Position numbers and translations under genes: made by a program
Notes under the pieces: generated by a model
The model's input: only the letters and a program-made list of their open reading frames with translations
Databases searched by the model: none
What the model was told of the DNA's origin: nothing
Part shown: positions 35,789-49,565 of the stretch, in pieces
Numbering within the stretch: the first letter of the stretch is position 1
Layout of the letters: every line of letters starts with the position of its first letter
Source of the DNA: Octopus sinensis
Taxonomy: Eukaryota
Direction of reading: 5' to 3'
Assembly (NCBI RefSeq): GCF_006345805.1
Contig: NC_042999.1
Coordinates: forward strand, 14,632,001 to 14,696,000
DNA: 64,000 nt

Positions 35789-37340
35789 ATAAAAAAATAT
35801 CCAAATGGTGGTGCTTTGAATGCATGAAATGTCAGAAATATGAGCTGGGTAAATCCTAAAGCATTTTAAAAGCTAAACATCTAAGAATATAAAGTGCAAA
35901 AGAGAGAAGAGCAAAGTCAGCCTTCACTCACCACTTCTATCTATTTCTATCACCTTAATGTCTGGTGAACCATAATGCTGTGATTATATAAAACAGCTCC
36001 TGTTTTGGTTTCTTTTAAAAGAATCACAGAATCAGTAGCCATAATTACACTGAAGATGAAATTGAGATGGGGGGGGCATAAATTAAATTTCTGTTTCATT
36101 AACAAATTATAAGAATAATGAAAATAAGAATAATTATCATTTCAACCCTAGATTATGAAAATTATACATAGCCTTTCAATGTCAAGATCAAGGATTATAT
36201 CCTTTGAAAGAAAGAATAAGGTTTATACATCTATATCCTGTGAATAAAAGAATTGAGATATATCTTTTGAATAAGCAATTTTAGGAGATATCTTTTGAAT
36301 AAAAACAAAAACAAACTAGGATATATATAAATGATAATTATATATATTGAATAAAAGAATTAGGATATAGATTTTATATATTATATATATATATATCTAT
36401 TGAAAAAGATCTGGATATATATATATACACACACACACACTCACCCCTATGAATTAGCAAAGTAAGGACATATGTGTTCATACACACATTATATATTTCT
36501 TTTTCCAATGGTCTTAACATTTTGACTTATACCAGCTGACTCTTCACTTTTAAGAATTGTTTTATAAAATATGTAAAAAAAAAAAAAAATTAAATAAAAA
36601 AAATTTAAAAAGAGAATAAAATTTGTTGTTCTTTGGACATGAAAAATAATCAAAGACAACTCTATTCTTCAGAACTGACATCTTGAAGCTTCCAAAATTC
36701 CCTATCTTTTTTTTTTTATTATTCCTGTCCTATTAATAATATTAAAATATAAAAAAAAAAAATTAACAACAAAGGAAAATAAATTTGTCTAAGATTTCTG
36801 TTTTCTTTTCCAACATTCTACAATATATTAATGTCTGCTTTAACCAAATCCTGATCCGCCCTTATAAATGGAGACTTAAGTAAAAAGCAAAACAAATTAT
36901 TGAAAACGAAAATTAAATAAAAAAAATCATCTCCAATCGGTTTGTATTCTTGGGTGTTTTGTGCAAATTTTGGTTGGAATAATGACATTAAAAAAAAAGA
37001 ATAAAAAAGAGATACACATTTGAATAAAAAAAAAGACGTTTGTATTCTTTAATGTTTGTACCCTAAACATTATTATTTTTTTTTATATATATTATTCTGT
37101 ATGATTTACCAAAATTCCATTCCTTAATCCATTGTTTCTTCCTTGTATAATTTGAAATTAAGGAACAGAAATAATTTCATCTAAAAATTTTATGTTTTAT
37201 TCAACTTGGTGATTGGGGAGGGAAAGAAAATTACGTTTTTTTTTTTTAATTTCAATTTTTTTTTTTCCCATGAAATTTTTGTTTCACTTATCACAATTTT
37301 ATTAAATATTTCAAAATACTAAAAGATTGTTCATTTGCCT
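35458..37340 (+). other. Putative long AT-rich 3' UTR of the TNF ligand
   Basis: About 1.9 kb directly after the stop with no SINE insertions, very A/T-rich, several AATAAA/ATTAAA hexamers and a TTATTTATTTAT motif near 37338. The true end is unknown. Confidence 0.4.
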
Positions 37341-38559
37341 TATTTATTTATCGTTATCTTCTTTTTATAATGAAAATCATTTGCTGCTGTTTAGTCTCCA
37401 CCTTCAGCAAGTATCTCTGATCAAATAAACCAATAGATCAAAAGTTTTCTAGTCACAACTGTCCTATCTTTCTATCCAATGTATCTTAGTTCAGTCATTG
37501 GACTGTGACCATGCTGGGGCACCATCTCAATTTTTTTTTTTTTTTAAACAAATAGACTCCAGTACTTATTTTTATTTTTAAAGTTTCATACTTATTCTAT
37601 CAGTCTTATGCTGAACTAATTTATAGGGATGTAAACAAACCAACACCAGTTGTCAAGTGGTTGCTAGTGGGATGACACATGCATGTATATGACTGGCTTC
37701 CACACAATTTCTTATTTCTTTATTGCCCACAAGGGGCTAAACATAGAGGGGACAAAATAGGACAGACAAATGGATCAAGTCAATTATATTGACCCCATTG
37801 CATAGCTGGTGCTTAATTTATCAACCTCGAAAGGATGAAAGGCAAAGTTGACCTCGGTGGAATTTTAATTCAGAACATAGTGGCAGACGAAATACCGCTA
37901 AGCATTTCACCTGGCATGCTAACGTTTCTGCCAGGTCGCCGCCCTTGTTTTGTTCTGGCCCCTTCAACTTTAACCTCTTATTCCCCAGCATAAGCCACCT
38001 CTTACAACTGGATCCCTGCTCATTTTAGTCTCGCAAGCTGCATGACAACCTCACTAGTGTTGATGTCATGAAGCACCCAGTACATTCAGTAAAGTGGTTT
38101 GCATTAGGAAGAGCACCCAGCAGGAGAAACCAGGCCAAAGTAGACAGAGTACAAGGCCAGTCTTCAAAACCATCAGATCCTGTCAAAGCATCCAACGCCT
38201 TCCATACCAGCATGGAACAGAGACGTTAAATGATGCTGACACCGATTAAGTATAATCTTGCTAAAATATTTAAATCAATTCAGGTGTGTTATAAGAATTT
38301 ATTTTATGAAACAGTTACACACATATACCCAGGCTTATTCCCTATTTTTTTAGGAGGGGGTAGCCACAACAAGACATACACCAGGCATTCCATTCATTTC
38401 CCAGCTCAAAGAAGTGAGCCCCATCCTATGCTTGGGTCAAGGCATAGAACACAAGCCCAAATATCAGCAGCAGGGCCCAAAAGCATATGCTGGTTTACCC
38501 CCGCCACATCATGCTGGTTTCATACCCCTTTGAGTAACATCAAATTCACTCATCCATCT

Positions 38560-38912
38560 ACAAACACTAAGCTTTCCTATCATTTATAAACTTTCTTGCC
38601 TCTCTCACTCCAACACCTCTAACCATCAAAGCTTTCCTCTCACTATCCATTCATACAAACCGGGGTCTGCCTCTGGTTCTGCTGCCTACCACTTCTACCT
38701 TCATCATCCTCCTTACCATCCACTCCTCATCCATCCTCTCCATGTGGCCAAACCACCTCAACATTTGTCTATCCATTTTGGTTGTTAGTTTTTCTTTCAT
38801 TCCTGCTTGCCTTCACACCTCCTCATCCCTCACCCTGTCCATCCATATCGCATCAACCATAGCCCTCAAACATCTCCTCTCAAACACATCTAGTTGCCTC
38901 CTTTCCGCTGGT
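38560..38912 (-). mobile_element. Degenerate RTE-clade LINE 3' fragment
   Basis: Minus strand reads RRQLDVFERRCLRAM...WMDRVRDEE...MLRWFGHMERMDEE...GSRTRGRPRF. Confidence 0.8.
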
Positions 38913-39445
38913 TCATAGGCTTTATCTGAGAGACACATTCCTGGGAAAATAACATAATTGTCCTACAAGAACTTAGAAAATATAAAACAAACTATCATTA
39001 GGCTTCATCATCATCATTTAACGTCTGCTTTCCATGCTGGCATGGGTTGGGCAGTTTGACAGGGACTGGCAAGCTGGAAAGCTGCATCAGGCCCCAATTG
39101 TTTTGGTACGGTTTTTGCAGCTGGATCCCTGTCCTAATGCCAACCACTTTACAGAGTGTACTGGGTGCCTTTTACATGTCACCAACATGAGACTGAAAAT
39201 GAAAAGCATGTCAGATTTTTTTTTTTCTGCCACCAAAATATGGAGGAAGACACTGTGAAAGAGAAGTATCACTGTCCTCAACGTATAAGTAACCTCAAAG
39301 AACTTGGAAATTTAGTTAGCAATTTAATTATCCTATTAGGTGAAACCAACAAAAAAAATTCTTGAGAATATTTTTGTTTTTTCCGCCAGAATAAGAAAAG
39401 GACACTACTGAAAAGATATATATATATATATATATATATATATCT

Positions 39446-39653
39446 ATAGGGAGAGTTTACAAAAAAAACAAACAAAAGACGAAGATGGGTGGTGTACAAA
39501 ACAAACAGATGTATTAGTATAATGCTCAGGAATAGAAAAAGTCTTTTATGTTTCGAGCTTACGCTCTTCTACAGAAAGGGACACAGAAAAAAACAAAGAC
39601 AGAAACAGGGAGAGAAAAAATGAGCGTAGTGGCTAACGATGTATCATGGCGAT
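39446..39653 (-). mobile_element. (TA)n-associated short repeat with hammerhead-like motif, copy 2
   Basis: Lies between two (TA)n tracts. Minus strand 39578-39543 reads CUUU-CUGUAGA-A-GAGC-GUAA-GCUC-GAAA-CAU-A-AAAG. Confidence 0.65.
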
Positions 39654-40469
39654 TATATATATATATATATGTAGTTCGGCTCAACTTACAAAAAAAATGT
39701 CAAAAAGTAATTATTTCAACTGCTTTGTATACGGACATACTTTCAGTTCTCATTTAGAAAGTGCATACACACCCACTTCATTGTTCTGTTATCTGCATAC
39801 CTCTTCCCTACCTGTCCTCATTTCTACTCCATTCTCTGCACCACTCAAAAATTTCACCCCCCTACACACACACAATTTTCCAAATCTTTTTATATTTTTC
39901 TGCCAATCCATTGTTCTGACCACTCCCTTCCAGTGGGTGGTCTTCTTACTATGTTTCTATCCTTTTTCGTCCCTATCTTCTTACTCTGTCTTATCCCCTA
40001 CCCTAACATCTCTCTTGCATTTTACTTCCTCCTACATCATACTACTCTCTCACCATTCAAACAGTCTCCCTCATGACCAGGATATACTAGCTTTCCTCTC
40101 CCCCTCAGTTCACATTTACCTCTTGATACTTTCTCATTTGCATTTTCCCAAATTCTAATGTTAATACCTTTATCTCTCTCCCTCTCTGAAGAAGACGAAG
40201 AAGAAAAAGAGGAAGAAGAAGACAAGCATACAAAAATGTTACACTTCTTCCTCACAGCATAAAACACATCCTGCAACTTAAACTATTCCTATCCTTTTCT
40301 CAGTTTGTTATCTAAAGAAGAAGAGATGTTAAAATTACAAATCTGGTTTCTCCTCTTTAAATAATCACTCAGCAATGTAATCCTGAATGATTATAACTAT
40401 CAATTGTAATCAAGAATAACTTTGCATCAGCATGTAGTTACAGGCAGATACAACCACTATCTCAGCCAG

Positions 40470-41240
40470 TTTGAGTCATTATTAGCCTGTGAAGTAGAGT
40501 AGTTTCTATATCTAGGCAACTTTTTATCAAACAAGTGCCCCTCAGAAAAGGATGCGGAACACAGAATTGGAGCTGCATATGGGGCATTTGGAAAGTTAAC
40601 CAAACACATCCGATTGGTTGTCTCTGATTGGTTGTAACAAAAACCACAACCATCTTCAAACTGCCCGCTTTGACTGGAATAAAGCAGACTGGAGCTCTTA
40701 TTGTACTGAGCTGTGACACCCAAACTGGCTCGAATTTTATGCCTCTGGAGATGTGAACCCTATACTTCAGAACATTCTGAATTCAATATGGGCATGTGCA
40801 GCATCGGTACCACACAAGCACAAAAAAAACAAACATTTCTAACAACAAAGGATCTTAACTTAACAACAAAGATTATGGTTTATGATGCTGTTGTCATCCC
40901 AACCTTGCTATACAGCTGTGAAACCTGGACTAGGTTATTGCAACATCCAAAAATTAGAACATTTTCACCAACAAAAGCTTTATTCAGTTTTGAGCACCAA
41001 ATGGGAACACTATGGGTCTAACAACAAAGTCCTGGAAAGAGCCACTAATCAAAGTATCGAATTGCTGATCATCAAACACTAACCTTCAGTGGTCAGGACA
41101 TGTAGCAAGAATGGAAAAGTCGAGGTTCCTACACCAAATCTTATTCAGTGAGCTCACTTCAGGAAAAAGACCCTCTTCAAAGATACATGGACCAACTCTA
41201 AGCAACACTGTAAGCCACTGGGATTGATCTTAAATTGTTT
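40470..41240 (+). mobile_element. Degenerate RTE-clade LINE fragment (post-RT C-terminal region)
   Basis: Broken frames read YLGN, RIGAAYGAFGKL, TKIMVYDAVVIPTLLYSCETWT, KLEHFHQQKL, and WSGHVARMEK...ILFSELTSGKR, all typical RTE ORF C-terminal motifs. Confidence 0.85.
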
Positions 41241-42354
41241 GAAACACAAGCCTGAAACTGTACCGAGTGGTGGTGTTCCATCATCATCAGAACCAAAAAC
41301 TTCAAAGCCACCAGAAAAGAAAAGGAGGAAATCAGATGACAGGTGAGAAGGGCTCAACAAGATCAACCTCATCCTCCACCAACATTGCCAAGCAGTCAAT
41401 ACCATCAATTCTTCTGGTCTACAGAGTCATCAATGGCATTACCATAAAGGAAGTGTTCAGAAAAAAGAAGAAACTCAATTCTCAGATACTAGATAAGGCC
41501 ACTGCTGATGGATGGCATTAGTAAGGGCATCCAGCTATAGAAGCCATGCCAGAACAGAGAATGGAATATGATGGAATCATCTGACCCATCAGATCTAGTC
41601 AAGCCATCAAACCCATGCCAACATGAAAGGCAGGCATAAAAAGATGATAAAGTTGAGGATGTGGACAATCGGGAGAAAAATGGTAGCTGACAGGATTAAA
41701 AAGTTTCAGATACAATTGTTTTTCTTCTGTTTAAAAACACGAGGCAAATCCTACAAGAACAGATTTTTCTCTTTTGTGTGTTACATTCATATGTAAACTT
41801 AATATATTCAATATGAACCTTAAAATGAATTTACATGAGTCGCAGTAATTAGAATCTAATTCCTCTAATTATCAAACAATTTTGCTGTTCCTTTGTCTGT
41901 GTAATAGACATATGCTCAGAATCACAAAAGAGTAAAATAAATGAGCTTGATACAGGTCCCTGCCTAAATCATGAAATCTCTTCTCTTCCTCACAACAAAG
42001 AAATATCTAAAACGGCTTGTCAAGTCTGCCTCGTGGGCTCTTATCTCGTTGAGGGTAGACAAAGGTAATTTAAGTAGCAGTAATTTGCTGGATTCAAATT
42101 CTATAGACTGTATCCAGCCTCCTTTCCATATAAAAATTAGCCTTATGTATAGTCAGAAGAAATCAATATAAGCAAACATTAACATATGCTATGGTGAATA
42201 GAATCAGTTAAAATATACAATGGAGGAGATGATTCCATTCATTCATGAAATAATCTATATTCAAATCTCAGTGAAGTAAACTGTCTCATGTATTGACGTA
42301 ATTTTGGGTGTAACCCCCCAATCTGACCGACTAAATATCGCATCATGTGTTACC

Positions 42355-42380
42355 ATGTATACATACATACATAGACACAC

Positions 42381-42413
<33 letters not shown>

Positions 42414-42436
42414 CATATACATATATACACATATAC

Positions 42437-42467
<31 letters not shown>

Positions 42468-42784
42468 CACATATACATACATATACACTCATACATATAC
42501 ACACACACACGTATATATATATACACACATATACACATATATACACATACACACATATACACACATACACATACATATATATATATACACATACATATAT
42601 ATATATACAGATACACACATATATATATACATACACACATACATATACACATACACGCATACATATACACATACACACATACATATACACATACACACAC
42701 ATATACACATGCACACATACATATACACATACACATACACACACATATACACACACATATACACATACACACATACATATATAC

Positions 42785-42817
<33 letters not shown>

Positions 42818-42915
42818 CACATACACACATACATATATACACATATATATATACAATACAATCATGTCTACATGAATAGACATATATATGTATGTGTATA
42901 CATATATGCACACAT
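42355..42915. repeat. Long (TA)/(CA) microsatellite tract
   Basis: Seen directly; explains six overlapping 140-190 aa pseudo-ORFs. Confidence 0.95.
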
Positions 42916-43489
42916 AAGCATATAGAGGGAGAGAGAAAGAGAGAGGTTTGTAACCTTGAATTGCAAGGATACTATAGGCTTTTTATTTTACTGTCAGAAA
43001 AATATCAATAAAATAGAAAATTACGTGTTTTATTTAATGTTTATCAAATGCATAGCAGCTGGTAACACTACAAAGATCTTACAATAAAAATCCTGGCTTT
43101 TTTGCTTATATTATGTTTCAAACTTTTGATTTTTATTATATCTATTTTACATTAATGTTTGAACATGCTTAAATCACATACATTTATGTACAGTAAACAG
43201 AGAATGTCTACTTCAATATGATGATATAACCAAAAGCAAAACAAAAAACCCCTGCTTTTAGTCTACGTTTTGTATCATTTTGTCCATGTTTGTATCATCG
43301 TGAAACTATAATTATAATATAAGCCAACAGACGAACATTTATGTAGACACATGGTCTACTAGAAATAGCAGCCAAATATCCTTCTCAACACATCCTACTG
43401 TTTTAAACTGGAAGAACATTGGATAATGTACTCCTTGATGTATTGGCCAGACCAACAGATGTTATACACCCCTGGTTACAATGAGCTTC

Positions 43490-43700
43490 CAATTCTGTCT
43501 TGATTGAACCATTCTTTTTCATTCCTTGACTAGATTGTCTTCCCATCATCATGGAGGCTTTCCAAATGACTTCTTCCAATCTCTTGGATACCATGTCTGT
43601 GAACCTTGCGACATGTCCAGCCCAGTGGAATTTGACTGGAATGTCTTTAATCATAAGTTTGGTTAATTGGTGTTGGATCAAGACTAAATAAGAATCAAGC
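43490..43700 (-). mobile_element. Degenerate RTE LINE fragment
   Basis: KFHWAGHVARFTD motif in ORF 43403-43681 matches the RTE W-x-G-H-V-A-R signature. Confidence 0.6.
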
Positions 43701-44157
43701 CTGCGAAAACTTAGCTCTCACTCATAAGTCAGTATGATTTGGTAGAAAGAACCATTCTTTTATCAATTACTTTTCAAGTGCCTGTGTTAGTGGTTCTCAT
43801 CCATGGCTCTCAAGGACACACGCAACCCTCAAGCATCCTTCCTGCAGATCTTGGTCTTCCATTTATAAAAATATTTTGTATTTTACTTTTGTGTGGCTTC
43901 CTAAAAGAAATCTAGATTTTGGCTCTGGCCTCGATATGAAAAAGTGTTGAGAATCACTGGTCTATATAGTTGTGGGCAGGCTTAGACACCCTCTTAGCTC
44001 CCTCATCATTGATTCAGTAGAAAGAGAGAATTCTTCACACCAAAAGTCAGTTGGAACTCCTTTTCATTTGAGTAAACATAAGCAATGTCAAATAAAGTGC
44101 CTTGCTTAACTCTCTTATTGCCATATCTCTGTTGAAATGTGCTGCCTTTGTTTCAAT

Positions 44158-44475
44158 TCATCATCATCATTTAACATCTACTTTCCATGCTAGCATGGGT
44201 TGGACGATTTGACTGAGGGCTGGCAAACCAGATGGCTGCATCAGGCTCCAATCTTGATCTGGCAGAGTTTCTACAGCTGGATGCCCTTCCTAACGCCAAC
44301 CACTCCGAGAGTGTAGTGGGTGCTTTTACATGCCACCGGCGCGAGGGCCAATCAGGCGGTACTGGCAACAGCCACACTCAAATGGTGTTTTTTACATGCA
44401 CAAGAGCCAATCCAGCAGCACTGGCAATGACCTCACTCAAATGTTTTTTCACGTGCCAGTAAGGCGACGCTGGTC
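44158..44475 (-). mobile_element. Family A copy
   Basis: (CAT)n tail and internal units. Confidence 0.7.
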
Positions 44476-45775
44476 ATTTTCATAATAACAAAGAATTCAA
44501 TAAAGCTGGTGTCTGCAACATAAATAAATATGACTATTTGATGTAAGGTTTTTAACTTAGACCACTTTAAAACAGAACGTTTGTACCAAAGTCCAAGGGC
44601 AGTCTCAGACAGGATGGTATCAAAGGGTCAAAGACACAAAATGACACCCAGTTCAGAAACTGAACCAAGATCTTATGATCATGACAGCTACATCCAAAGA
44701 GCACAGCCATGTGCCTTTAACTAACAAGCAACTAAAATGTGTATTTAGAGAAGGTGCTTCAGCATTGCCAGAGGTTGGGGAAAGAACAATAAAAGTGATT
44801 ATTTTAAGCATCCAAGCATCGTTTTTGAGATAGAAAGAGAAAAGCACCTCATTACATTGCATTCATGCAATGTAATCTCAGTTTATATTGAAGAGTCTTT
44901 GCAGTCAATTCATTTATTATAACAAGTGATTCTCATTAAAAATCCAGTTTTATAAATTTCTTCATTTCTACTTTGATAAATTTATAGATATTCATAACAT
45001 TGATTATGTTAAAAATTTGAATGAATTAAGTTTGATTATGTTGAGTGTTAATGGAGGAATGGAATGGCATCTTGGATGTACACTTGCCTTGTTAAGGTTC
45101 TTTTGAAGGATAACACTTGAACACATAAATGCTATGACAAGCAGAATAATATAATAGGATTAAAACACTTCTTGACTGATATTTTATTGTCTTCAAAAAA
45201 TGAATGGCAAAGATGACCTTGACAAGATTTGAACTCAGAATGTAAAAAGCCACAAGAAGTTCTACAAAATATTTCCCCTGACACTCTAACGATACTGCCA
45301 ACTTACCACCTTAATGTTTCTAATATAGGCCTGAAATTTGGGGGAGAGACAAGCTGATTACATCAATCCCACAACCTACCTAACTGGTACTAAACAATAA
45401 ACATCGCCCTTTTAAAGCCTAGCCAGGCTCATGGGCCTGGTTTCCCGGTTTCTGTGGCGTATATGTTCCCCCCAGCTGGACAGGACGCCAGTCCATCACA
45501 GCATTACTCAGGAAACAAGAAGAGAGAAAGTTGTGGCGAAAGAGTACAACAGGGGGTCGCCACCACTCTCTGCCGGAGCCTCGTGGAGCTTTTAGGTGTT
45601 TTCACTCAATAAACACACACAAATTTGGGTACAAGGCCATCAATTTGGGGGAAAGTAGGGCAGGTTGATCACATCGATCCCCAGGGCTTGGCTGGTACTT
45701 TATTACCCCCTGGAAGGATGAAAAGTCAAAGATAACTAGAGGAGAATTTGAACCTAGAATGCAAAGTACTTTTTT

Positions 45776-45974
45776 TTTTACTTGTTTCAGCCATTTGACT
45801 GTGGCCATGCTGGAGCGCCGCCTTTAGTCAAGCAAATCGACCCCAGGACTTATTCTTTGTAAGCCTAGTACTTATTCTATCGAGTCTCTTTTGCTGAACC
45901 GCTAAGTTACAGGGATGTAAACACACCAGCATTGGTTGTCAAGCAATGTTGGGGAGACAAACACAGACACACAA

Positions 45975-46005
<31 letters not shown>

Positions 46006-46170
46006 TATATACAACGGGCTTCTTTCAGTTTCCGTCTACCAAATTCACTCAGAAGGCTTTGGTCGGCCTGAGGCTATAGAAGAAACTTGCCCAAGGTGCT
46101 ATGCAGTGGGACTGAACCCGGAACCATGTGGTTCGTAAGCAAGCTACTTACCACACAGCCACTCCTATGC
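45776..46170 (-). mobile_element. Family B SINE
   Basis: Reverse-complement full copy. Confidence 0.8.
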
Positions 46171-47540
46171 CTAGAACAAATTCAAAACTCCTTATGTACT
46201 AGAACAAATGCAAAATTCCACAAACTCGGTACATGCCTATGGTTCATCAACCACAACATAATAAACCATCCATAGAAAGGATTTGGGTGGAAGATAGACC
46301 ATCTGATCACTGGAACACATCTTTTCCAAAAGAATCACGGAAGTAGACATAGCAATCATCATTATTTAGTAGCCATTTCCCATGCAGGCATAGACTGGAA
46401 GGTTTAACAGGACCTGGTGAGCTGCAAGGCTGCATCAAGCTCCAATGTCAGCTTCAGCATGGTTTCTACAGCTGGATTGCCATTCCTAATGCCAACCACT
46501 TTACAGAGTGTACTGGCTGTTGTGTATGTAATGAACCAAAGTGATAGGTGTATATCTTTTATCTTTTACCTGTGTCAGCCACTAGCCTGTGGTCATACTG
46601 GGTCACTGCCTTGAAGCATTGTCAGTCAAACAAACTGACCACAGTACTTCACTGAACTGCTAATTTTATGGGGTTATAAACACACTAGCACTGGTTGTCA
46701 AGTGGTGGTGGTGGTGGTGTGGAGGGGACAAACACATGCACCCAGTTTCCATCTACCAAATCCACTCAAGGCTTTAGTTGGCTCAAGGCTATAGTTGAAG
46801 ACACTTGTCCAAGGTACCACACAGTGGGACTGAACCCAGAACCATGTGGTTGGGAAGCAAGTTCTTACCACACAGCCAACTTTGTGTCTATGTATCATCA
46901 TCATCATCATCGTTTAATGTCCACTTTCCATGCTAGCATGGATTGGACGATTTTTACTGAGGGCTGGCAAACCAGATGGCTGCACCAGGCTCCAGTCTTG
47001 ATCTGGCAGAGTTTAAGATTGGGGCCTGGTGCAGCCATCTGGTTCACCAGCCCTCAGTCAAAATCGTCCAACCCATGCTAGCAATAAACTAAAGAGATAC
47101 ATGTGTATATGTAACAAACTAAAGTGATAGGTGTGATAAAACTAGGCCAGATACAGCAGTCAGATGGAAATAAATAACAAGTAATGTTTGCCTTCACCAT
47201 CATAACCTTTCAAGGACAGCTTCCTTTTAGTTTATTTTTGGATGAGAATCTCAGCCTTAATCTCATCCTACTTCCTCCACAACTCAAAGTTTGGCCCAAA
47301 CCAAACCAAAATCATCTTAATGGGACTATTAGTCCAGCATCCTGCAATACCACTCAACATGGACTTATCTCTCCAGGTGCTAAGCTATAAGTCCACCAAC
47401 TTATTTAATTTGTGCCTCATCATCAATTTGTGTTCTTTTTGTATGATGCAAACCATCTTGATTTTTATGGAGTCCAACACGAAACCCTTGATCTCCATTC
47501 ATCATCAAATGGCTTATTCCTATATAATAAGTAGACAGTA

Positions 47541-47925
47541 GGAGTGGCTGTGTGGTAAGTAGCTTGCTTACGAACCACATGGTCTGGGTTCAGTCCCACT
47601 GCGTGGCACCTTGGGCAAGTGTCTTCTACTATAGCCTCAGGCCGACCAAAGCCTTGTGAGTGGATTTGGTAGTCGGAAACTAAAAGAAGCCTGTCATATA
47701 TATGTATATATATGTGTGTTTGTGTGTGTGTATGTTTGTCCCCCCAATATCGCTTGATAACCGATGCTGATGTGTTTACAGCCCCGTAACTTAGCGGTTC
47801 GGCAAAAGACACCAATAGAATAAGTACTAGGCTTACAGAGAATAAGTCCTCAGGTTGATTTGCTCGACTAAAGGTGGTGCTCCAGCATGGCCACAGTCAA
47901 ATGACTGAAACAAGTAAAAGAGTAA
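47541..47925 (+). mobile_element. Family B SINE
   Basis: Full head-to-tail match to 51634-52071. Confidence 0.8.
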
Positions 47926-48399
47926 AGAGAGAAAGAGAGAGAGAGAGAGTATGAGACTAACTGCGAACTACAAAACTCATAGTTCTCAATTACTGGTACA
48001 AACATTTATCTACCAGCATGTATAACACAAACCTTTCATCTGTAGCAAAAATCCAACCAAAAACTCAGCGAGATATCTTTTCTGTTTATTTTTTCCTTGT
48101 TTATTATTTGAAACCAATTCCAACCTATACATTAACTCGTTTATAACAAAATTTACATTTAGAAAACTTTATATATGTATTAAGTATTTACATGAATTTA
48201 CATGTTCTGCCAGAAACTACTGACATGAAAGAATTAACGTTTCTTTTAAGTGGTCTTTGCAGCTGTAGAACTTCCATTTTGTTGTAATCACAAGACAGCA
48301 TTTCCCAAATTGATGGAGCGTTGTTAACTCGGAAGATATTTGTGGTGACTAAGTTTAATTATAAACATATGCATCATCAACTTTTGATACATACATGTG

Positions 48400-48657
48400 T
48401 GTGGGTGTATATGAGTGTGTGTGTGTATATGTGTAAATTTGTATGTATTTATGTGTATGTACATAGGTGTATATGTATGTGTATATTTTAATGTACACAC
48501 ATATATAAATACATATATATACATACATACATATATATATACACATGTACATATATATATATACACATGCATATATATACACATATATATATATATATAC
48601 ACCACAGACACACACATATACACATACATATATATATATATATATACACCACACGAA

Positions 48658-48698
<41 letters not shown>

Positions 48699-48760
48699 TA
48701 TAAGCACACACATATGTATTTGCACACACATGTATATGTGTATTTAGAGATAGATAGATA
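48400..48760. repeat. (TA)/(TG)/(CA) microsatellite tract
   Basis: Seen directly. Confidence 0.95.
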
Positions 48761-49511
48761 GATACAATGATTTTATTTACACACATTGCTCATGCTGACC
48801 TGAAAATCCGAAGAAACTAGAGAGAAGATTTGTTATCTAACTTCTCTTTCCCACCAGCAAGTAATTGGATGAGGGACATGCACTATTTTAACCTTGGTTT
48901 CTTCCTGTTGTGTGGTATGTTTTCTTCTAAATTAATTCTGAAATTTTGCCTTCTTCAAGTTTATGCGTAAATTATAACTATGATATCCACTCCTGCAAAA
49001 TTTGTACACAGATAATACATATCACACATATATACTTAGTCATATAGGCTTTCTGAGACAGCAACAACTTCAAATACTTTAAATCCTGCCCTTGGTTGAA
49101 TATAATTTATTATATCCTTATATAAAGGAAGCATCTCCTTTCTTTACAGTAAAGTAATTATTGCTCTTCACCAAGGACTCAGCTGATGGCTGAACAATTA
49201 ATTACTAATGGAAGAAATGTATATGTGCTGACCAAAAGCCTTTGAGTGGATTTGGTAGACAGAAACTGAAAGAAGTCTGTCTCACACACACAGACACACT
49301 CTTATTAGTTTCAGTCATTTGATTGTGGCCATGCTGGAGCACTGCCTTTAGTCAAGCAAATCGACTCCAAAACTTATTCTTTGTAAGCCTAGTACTTATT
49401 CTATTGGTTGTCTTTTGCCAAACCACTAAGTGATGGGGACGTAAACACACCAGCATCGGTTGTCAAGCGATGGTGGTGGGGACAAACACAGACACACAAA
49501 CATACACACAC

Positions 49512-49558
<47 letters not shown>

Positions 49559-49565
49559 CATATAC

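Noticed and set aside
39695-39745. Minus-strand AACUG-AAA-GUAU...AUAC-AAAG-CAGUU hairpin next to an HHR repeat
   Set aside because: Both core segments deviate and no stem I forms.
39900-40200. Pyrimidine-rich segment possibly antisense to an RTE 3' end (similar at 63400-63807)
   Set aside because: Too degenerate for any diagnostic motif.
42261-42925. Six long overlapping ORFs (140-192 aa), and similar ORFs at 9086-9339, 22092-22329, 48324-48786, 54475-54935, 57267-58050 and 60148-60972
   Set aside because: These are translations of (TA)/(CA)/(AG) repeats that lack stop codons.
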